From an uncultured bacterium (GTDB lineage Bacteria; JAJVIF01; JAPKYR01): DNA of 13,012 bases. Below the pieces are notes generated by a model. The model was not told the DNA's origin. It was given only the letters and a program-made list of their open reading frames with translations, and made no database searches. The stretch spans positions 1 through 13,012 of the forward strand of contig CBDURU010000098.1 of the NCBI GenBank assembly GCA_965369865.1, read 5' to 3'. Positions 7,467-13,012 of this stretch are shown piece after piece; within the stretch, counting starts at the first letter, position 1; each line of letters opens with the position of its first letter. The translations under genes were made by a program, and so were the position numbers.

Positions 7467-7519
7467 GTAACATGCGCATTCTGCGCATGATATTCAGTCC
7501 CATGTGCATCCTGCACATG
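7467..7519. repeat. REP-like double-hairpin element, copy 1
   Basis: GTAA-CATGCGCA-TTC-TGCGCATG-ATATTCAGTCC-CATGTGCA-TCC-TGCACATG; near-identical copy at 10112-10164. Confidence 0.85.
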
Positions 7520-7530
7520 AATGAAAAAGA

Positions 7531-7568
7531 GAAGGGGACACCTAATCAGGTGTCCCCGTTTTTATTTA
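7531..7568. terminator. Probable bidirectional terminator between the convergent permease and antitoxin genes
   Basis: GGGGACACCT-AATC-AGGTGTCCCC (7534-7557) with a T-rich tract on the right and an A-rich tract on the left. Confidence 0.7.
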
Positions 7569-7605
7569 TATTTTTCAAACTGGGTTGGATCAATTTTTTA
7601 ATCCA

Positions 7606-8631
7606 TTAATCTATTTCAATTTCAACTTTTAGCTTTTCAGCATATTCATAAGAAATTGGTTCAAGTTTTTTTGTTTCCTTGTAACCATCCTCCTGGTGGG
7701 ACAGTTCAGATATTTTAACACTTCCCATTTCTTTGAAGTGATTGAATACGGCAGTTAGAACATTAATGGCTGAATCTGGTAATGAGGAAGATTCAAAATT
7801 TCCAATAGCTACAAGATTTTCACCGGTCATTTCGTCGTTGAATGGAATTTCGAGTTGCTCGATTTTACCTTCGACTCTGAGGTCAAAAAGGTGCATTTCG
7901 TAATTATCAGGAACAGGCCCGAAAGGAAGGTGAATATATCTAGCACCGGAAATTGAAACTGAGTGGTTCCGATAATGAATAAAATCAGCGTAAAAAAGAA
8001 GTTTGTTTAATTTAGTTTTAAGGATTCCTCCATCCAGAGAAGCCAGGTAAAAAATCATGTTTTTTAAATTCTCTTCTGAAAATTGTTTAAAACCTGTAAG
8101 AATTCCAGGTGGTGAATCATCCAATTCGCTAATAATAACACCACCTGGAAGCTCTCGACCTTTCTCGACATCAATTGCAGAAAGGCATGAAAGTACCCGC
8201 TTCTGAATATGTTCTGGCAGTCTTTCCCTATTTTTTGTGAAGATTGAATAAAAATTCACTGGATCATTTAATAGTTGAAGCATCTGATTATGAGCTTCAT
8301 CAGGAAAACCACCTTTTTCATACCTGTGAATGGTGATCTCACCCCAGCCAAGTAAAGCAGCAAGACTTCGCTGGCTTAGCCCATACTTCTGCCGCAATCT
8401 TCTAATCTTTGCCGGGGATACCAAGTCATGAATTTCCCTGTATTTATCATAAACAGCCAGGAGTGTTTGATCGTCTAATTCAGAATCACTGCAATCTCCC
8501 TGGCAAGTTTTGCAGACACGAACCTTGGCTTTAACTGCTACCGATTCACCCTTGACTGGATAAGTTTCATTACGCTCAATAATTTCTCCCTGGACCCAGT
8601 CATCACATTTTTCACAATAATATTTGTCCAT
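7606..8631 (-). CDS. Type II antitoxin: MqsA-like Zn ribbon + XRE HTH + DUF4065 (Panacea/SocA-like) domain
   Basis: CEKC...CKTC; IRRLRQKYGLSQRSLAALLGWGEITIHRYE; KTKLNKLLFYADF...SISGARYIHLPFGPVP...ISELSHQE. Confidence 0.88.
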   Translation of the reverse strand: MDKYYCEKCDDWVQGEIIERNETYPVKGESVAVKAKVRVCKTCQGDCSDSELDDQTLLAVYDKYREIHDLVSPAKIRRLRQKYGLSQRSLAALLGWGEITIHRYEKGGFPDEAHNQMLQLLNDPVNFYSIFTKNRERLPEHIQKRVLSCLSAIDVEKGRELPGGVIISELDDSPPGILTGFKQFSEENLKNMIFYLASLDGGILKTKLNKLLFYADFIHYRNHSVSISGARYIHLPFGPVPDNYEMHLFDLRVEGKIEQLEIPFNDEMTGENLVAIGNFESSSLPDSAINVLTAVFNHFKEMGSVKISELSHQEDGYKETKKLEPISYEYAEKLKVEIEID

Positions 8632-8642
8632 TATCTATTTTC

Positions 8643-8984
8643 CTATTTGAAAGGGAACTTAACTGAGTACTTGAGTTCGTGAAAGGAAATACATTTAGCA
8701 CCAGTATCAGAGAGTTTTAATTTAATGTAAACTTCATTTCCAAAAACTTTTGTTGCGAATTCATAGATTTCTCCTGGCGACCCATCATCATCAACAGAGG
8801 GCCCAGCAAAGTAATCCAATTCAGTAAGACTAAATATAATTTCTTTAGCATCATATTCAAACATTCCCAACATTATGAGGAAATGTATATTTTCTTCCCT
8901 TCGTAAGAATGCTAAATTGGATCTGGCAGCTTTGGTTTTAAATCTCTTTAAAAATTCGACTACCCCTTTTTTACAATGAACCAT
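8643..8984 (-). CDS. MqsR-like (RelE superfamily) type II toxin
   Basis: 113 aa directly upstream of the antitoxin; LTELDYFAGPSVD...IYEF...EVYIKLKL...AKCISFH; GGAGG RBS. Confidence 0.85.
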   Translation of the reverse strand: MVHCKKGVVEFLKRFKTKAARSNLAFLRREENIHFLIMLGMFEYDAKEIIFSLTELDYFAGPSVDDDGSPGEIYEFATKVFGNEVYIKLKLSDTGAKCISFHELKYSVKFPFK

Positions 8985-9131
8985 TTGGTTCCTCCGAATA
9001 ATTTACCAGCTTGCTCATCGACGTTCGATAACTACACCGCAAGCTGGCTCCTTTTCGGAGGTCATATCTTCTGAAAAATTTCAGAAGACAAATAGAACGT
9101 CAGCCCATGATTGGTCTCCAAATCTGTTCTA

Positions 9132-9160
9132 AATTTATCATATGATAGCACTTTTGTCAA
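9132..9160 (-). promoter_or_regulatory. TA operon promoter with palindromic operator
   Basis: TTGACA (9160-9155) - 17 nt - TAAATT (9137-9132) with TGn; perfect palindrome TATCATATGATA at 9136-9147 overlapping the spacer and -10. Confidence 0.75.
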
Positions 9161-9286
9161 GAGGTTTAACTAATATTCTCATTAATATGTTGAAGTCTCA
9201 AGTGCTAGAAAGTCTAGAATTTGGGAATTATTTTAAGCTGGATTAACACTCTCAATCGTGCGTTTAAATAATGCTATCATCCCCCC

Positions 9287-10090
9287 GTGGCTGACGATTC
9301 TTTACCAAAATCCAATCAAACAACATGGTGGACACTCGCTGTCCTCGGTTTCGCATCGTCTGCGATCGGCTCTCTCGTCGGTGTTGGTGGGGGGATTATT
9401 ATTGTCCCCATTCTCACGTTCCTTGGAGTCTCCCAGAAAAAGGCGCAGGGAACGAGCCTCTTAGTGATTGTCGCACGCCATCCGCTAGTGATCGCGATGT
9501 ACTGGTATTTCGGGAATATCGATTTCGGTTTCGCGATACCTTTAGCGATCGGGGGAATTGCGGGAGCGTTCCTTGGGGTGAAAGTTGCGGGTAAATTTCC
9601 GAACAGAACACTCGCGAAATATTTCGGGATACTCCTTATCGCGGTCGCATTGTTTATGGTTTTTGTAAAAATTCCATCTGGTTTAAAACTTCTGGAAATC
9701 TCGACCCCTGCCGGATTTATACTCGTTGCTATTTTCGGATGCCTTGCGGGATTCATGGCCGGGTTTTTCGGTATCGGCGGCGGACTGGTGTTTGTGCCGA
9801 CCGGGGTGATTGGTGGAGGGTTGGCACAGGTTGTGTCGCAGGGGACAGGCTACGTGTCGGGATTTCCGACCATTTTGGCAGGATTTCTTGGATACAGAAA
9901 ACAGGGTGAATGGGACTGGGATCTCGCTAAATGGCTCATTCCCGGAGCGTGGATCGGAACTGTTGTTGGGGCGTGGGGCGCGGATGTGGTTCCGGGCAGA
10001 ACATTGACGGTGATTTTTTCGGTTTTCCTCGTGGTGGCGGGATTGAGGATGTTGATGAAGGGTGGGGAAATTGGAAATCAGCAGGAGTAA
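9287..10090 (+). CDS. TSUP family (TauE/SafE) membrane transporter
   Basis: Two homologous halves: GSLVGVGGGIIIVP...AQGTSL and AGFFGIGGGLVFVP...SQGT; multiple TM segments; GTG start. Confidence 0.9.
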   Translation: MADDSLPKSNQTTWWTLAVLGFASSAIGSLVGVGGGIIIVPILTFLGVSQKKAQGTSLLVIVARHPLVIAMYWYFGNIDFGFAIPLAIGGIAGAFLGVKVAGKFPNRTLAKYFGILLIAVALFMVFVKIPSGLKLLEISTPAGFILVAIFGCLAGFMAGFFGIGGGLVFVPTGVIGGGLAQVVSQGTGYVSGFPTILAGFLGYRKQGEWDWDLAKWLIPGAWIGTVVGAWGADVVPGRTLTVIFSVFLVVAGLRMLMKGGEIGNQQE

Positions 10091-10111
10091 CAATATTCAC
10101 CCGGTAAATAT

Positions 10112-10164
10112 GTATCATGCGCATTCTGCGCATGATATTCAGTCACATGTGCATTTTGCGCATG
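10112..10164. repeat. REP-like double-hairpin element, copy 2
   Basis: GTAT-CATGCGCA-TTC-TGCGCATG-ATATTCAGTCA-CATGTGCA-TTT-TGCGCATG; same orientation and spacing as 7467-7519. Confidence 0.85.
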
Positions 10165-10230
10165 TTCCAGAATTTCTGAACCCTCCCGATTTGAATAATC
10201 TCCTAAAATCGAGCTGAAAGGAGACAGACC

Positions 10231-11859
10231 ATGAAAAAGCACTTAAACTTATGGATTGTTTTAGGGAACCTTTTAGTAATTTTACTCTTAGTAACATCTT
10301 GTTCCGGCTTTGTGAAATCCAAAGCATCAAGACCGTCAGACTCAATGTATTCACATGATGCGCAGACTACCGAAGAATCTGAAACCGGTTCATTGCATTC
10401 ACTCGGTTATACATCGAGGCAGTTCGAAGAGCATTCAACCAACGATGGAGCCATGACTTTCCCGTCCGGTGGTAACGCTCTACCGAACGCTGAACCGTAC
10501 GATCTGACTTATTTCGAAGATTACGGCACTAACCCATTCGTATCGACGGAGGATGAAAACACCTCGACATTCGGGATGGATGTGGATACGGCATCTTACA
10601 CGATCGCAAGACGGTACATAAACGACGGAAACCTCCCGGATCCCGATTCCATCCGTATCGAGGAGTTCATCAATTACTTCGACCAGGATTATTCCGATCC
10701 GAAAGGCAACAACATTTTTTCACTTACTATCGAGGGTGCCGAGTCCTGGTTTGGACAACCGAATTATCACCTGTTGAGAATTGGGGTAAAGGCGAGAGAA
10801 ACGTCGAATTGGGAACGTCCCGCGGCGAATATGATATTTGTCGTCGATATTTCCGGATCGATGGCGCGCGAGGATCGCCTCGAGCAGGTGAAAAAGAGCC
10901 TTCGCATGCTGGCGGGGAACCTACGCAGTGGAGACAGGATCGGGCTGGTCGTTTACGGCAGCACCGGTCAGGTTATATCTGAAATGACCTCCAATCACGA
11001 CGCGATTCTGAATTCCATCGAACGGCTCGTTCCCGGTGGATCGACAAACGCGAACCATGGATTACAACTGGCCTACGAGATGGCGCGAAGGAATTACGAT
11101 TCCGGAAAAATAAACCGGATCATCCTTTGCTCCGACGGGGTGGCAAATGTGGGTGTTACCGATGCCGACAGTATTCTCGAGCAGGTAAAAACGGATGCGC
11201 TCGATGGAATCGGGCTGACAACGATTGGTTTCGGCATGGGGAATTACAACGATGTCATGATGGAGAAACTCGCGAACCATGGCGACGGAATGTATTACTA
11301 TATCGACACCGAAGATGAAGCGAACCGTGTATTCCGCGACGGGGCCGCTGAGCTTCTGATGGTGCTTGCGTCGGACGCGAAAATCCAGGTTGAGTTCAAC
11401 GAGGATTTAGTCGACAGGTTCCGATTGCTCGGATATGAAAACCGTCGCCTTAATGAGGAGGATTTCAGGGACGATTCGGTCGACGCGGGCGAGGTCGCAT
11501 CTGGGCAATGCGTAACGGCACTTTATGAAATTCGAATTCGGGACGATGCTTTCAGGCGCCGCAATTCCGATGTCGCCACGGTAAGAATACGCTATGAAAA
11601 TCTCCTGAACCGTGAAATCGAAGAGTATGAAGAGTATGTGACTGTCGGGGATCTCGACAATGACTTTGATCGTGCAAGCAGGAGATTCCAATTTACAGCG
11701 GCGGTTGCCGAGTTTGGTGAGATCCTGAAGGAAAGCTACTGGGCTGAGGATTCAACGTTCGGAGCAGTGCTGGCAGTGGCCGAAACGGCCGCTGACGGAA
11801 CGGAAGAACGTGAATTTGTCAACCTCGTGCAAAGCCTTATCAGGATGGAAGATCGTTGA
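10231..11859 (+). CDS. YfbK-like von Willebrand factor A domain lipoprotein (vWF_A + VWA + DUF3520-like)
   Basis: Lipobox LVTS-C; STFGMDVDTASY...IRIEEFINYF; MIDAS DISGS; NRIILCSDG; FRLLGYENR...DAGEV...VTALYEI; AAAGGAG RBS. Confidence 0.92.
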   Translation: MKKHLNLWIVLGNLLVILLLVTSCSGFVKSKASRPSDSMYSHDAQTTEESETGSLHSLGYTSRQFEEHSTNDGAMTFPSGGNALPNAEPYDLTYFEDYGTNPFVSTEDENTSTFGMDVDTASYTIARRYINDGNLPDPDSIRIEEFINYFDQDYSDPKGNNIFSLTIEGAESWFGQPNYHLLRIGVKARETSNWERPAANMIFVVDISGSMAREDRLEQVKKSLRMLAGNLRSGDRIGLVVYGSTGQVISEMTSNHDAILNSIERLVPGGSTNANHGLQLAYEMARRNYDSGKINRIILCSDGVANVGVTDADSILEQVKTDALDGIGLTTIGFGMGNYNDVMMEKLANHGDGMYYYIDTEDEANRVFRDGAAELLMVLASDAKIQVEFNEDLVDRFRLLGYENRRLNEEDFRDDSVDAGEVASGQCVTALYEIRIRDDAFRRRNSDVATVRIRYENLLNREIEEYEEYVTVGDLDNDFDRASRRFQFTAAVAEFGEILKESYWAEDSTFGAVLAVAETAADGTEEREFVNLVQSLIRMEDR

Positions 11860-11921
11860 TTTATTCACTCTTGTCCAATATAAAATTTCCTCAAATGGTT
11901 TGAAGTAAAAATTTCCCCTAC

Positions 11922-11975
11922 GTGCCGTTAGCTTCCAGCTATCGGATAGCAAGTGCCGACCGCATCCTGCGGTCG
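11922..11975. repeat. Two REP-like hairpins with TCC loops
   Basis: GTG-CCGTTAGCT-TCC-AGCTATCGG (one mismatch) and GTGC-CGACCGCA-TCC-TGCGGTCG; the second is followed by AGTTTTT and may also terminate. Confidence 0.55.
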
Positions 11976-12160
11976 AGTTTTTCATATGACAATCGCTTCC
12001 ACCGAAAAACCGGCAAAACGTGCAGACCTCTGCTCGGATAACATGATTTAATGATTTAGACGCCTTATCCGATGCTCTAACCTTGTCCAAAATCAGATTA
12101 TCATGGACAGCAGTGTGATTTATTATTTAAATCAACCCCGGATTCCTTTACAATCCGGGT

Positions 12161-12706
12161 ATGCTCTCCAGCGAAAAAATAATTGAATTACTGAACCTGA
12201 TCCCCCTTCAGAACGAAGGGGGATTTTTCCGTGAGACCTGGCGATCGTCGGACACAGTTCCTGGAAGCGCCCTTCCTGAAAGGTACCCCGACTCGAAATC
12301 GCTTGGGACCGCGATTTATTACCTTCTGACACCCGACACATTTTCCAGGCTTCACAGGCTTCCGACCGATGAGGTTTTCCATTTTTACCTTGGTGAAGCA
12401 GTCGAAATGCTGATGCTTTTCCAGGACGGCACGTCAGAAATTACAGTATTTGGGCATAATATAGAGGATGGTGAGGTTGTGCAGGTGGTCATACCAAAAG
12501 GGACTTGGTTTGGCGCCAGGATAAAACCCGGCATGGTTGGAATGAACGGTAGTACAAACGCAAAAGGATTTGCCCTGATGGGCACTACGATGGCACCGGG
12601 ATTCGATTTTTCGGATTACGAAAGCTACGATCGGAATACATTGCCTGACAGGTATCCCGATCGAAAAGAGTTGATTAAATCCCTGACTGGCGGAAACCAG
12701 AAATGA
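12161..12706 (+). CDS. Cupin superfamily protein (DUF985 / Cupin_5)
   Basis: EGGFFRETWRS, TAIYYLL, SRLHRLPTDEVFHFYLG, QVVIPKGTWFGA, MAPGFDFSDYE. Confidence 0.92.
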   Translation: MLSSEKIIELLNLIPLQNEGGFFRETWRSSDTVPGSALPERYPDSKSLGTAIYYLLTPDTFSRLHRLPTDEVFHFYLGEAVEMLMLFQDGTSEITVFGHNIEDGEVVQVVIPKGTWFGARIKPGMVGMNGSTNAKGFALMGTTMAPGFDFSDYESYDRNTLPDRYPDRKELIKSLTGGNQK

Positions 12707-12771
12707 TCCGGTACACCGACAACCTCGACAATATCGCTTCGGTCAATCTACAGGGATTTATTGCGGGCTGA
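12703..12771 (+). pseudogene. 22-codon stub (MIRYTDNLDNIASVNLQGFIAG) resembling the N-terminus of a GNAT acetyltransferase family
   Basis: ATGA overlap with the cupin stop; resembles from memory the MIxYxDxLxxIxxxxLxGFFxGW N-terminus; stops 3 nt before a repeat. Confidence 0.5.
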
Positions 12772-12774
12772 GGA

Positions 12775-13012
12775 GCGTTGCTTGCTGCGCCCTCTTATGG
12801 ATCAGTACTTTTGCAACGGTCTCTATTTATAAAACCTTTATTTTCTTATCCCGTAAACTCATCCATACAACTTGCCCTCATCAAACATAGGGGACATCTC
12901 ATTCGTCCCCGAATGCAGGTGTCCCCTTATCGATTTCAAGAAAAAACTACCGTAGGGGCGTTGCTTGCTGCGCCCTCTTATGGATCAGTACTTTTGCAAC
13001 GGTCTCTATTTA
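12775..13012. repeat. 55-bp direct repeat (12775-12829 and 12958-13012) containing a GTAG-type REP and an IS5-like end, flanking a hairpin at 12889-12927
   Basis: GCGTTGCTTGCTGCGCCCTCTTATGGATCAGTACTTTTGCAACGGTCTCTATTTA occurs twice, 183 bp apart; full GTAG-GGGCG...CGCCC at 12952-12975. Confidence 0.85.

Noticed and set aside
1957..12585. Remaining 60-170 aa ORFs of the track overlapping the called genes or repeats (e.g. 3238-3693, 5567-6076, 6391-6720, 7225-7518, 9316-9756, 11752-12090)
   Set aside because: Antisense or off-frame shadows of well-supported genes, without recognisable motifs.

Overview
Bacterial genomic window, organism not identifiable from the sequence. Left to right: (1-812) a non-coding tandem array of 135-152 bp G/C-homopolymer hairpin units with a 424-bp higher-order period; (814-995, -) a promoter, a 16-codon Met-rich leader ORF and a terminator with the 1:2/2:3/3:4 geometry of a classical translation-coupled attenuator, pointing into the array; a beta-propeller (SBBP-like) lipoprotein and pepP (-); a small Nfu-type Fe-S protein with an N-terminal CxxCGC motif (+); a 49-codon leader ORF with overlapping antiterminator/terminator ahead of an ABC-2 exporter operon whose ATPase and permease are separated by two micro-ORFs missing from the ORF track; an AT-rich MqsR-like toxin / Zn-ribbon-HTH-DUF4065 antitoxin pair (-) with an RBS-sequestering leader; TSUP permease, YfbK-like vWA lipoprotein and DUF985 cupin (+); a truncated GNAT-like stub and REP/IS-end-like repeats. 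The most interesting candidates are the putative methionine-sensing attenuator, the uORF attenuator plus micro-ORFs of the ABC operon, and the hierarchical array. All family calls are by motif recognition and all RNA structures were paired by eye; no searches or folding were run.
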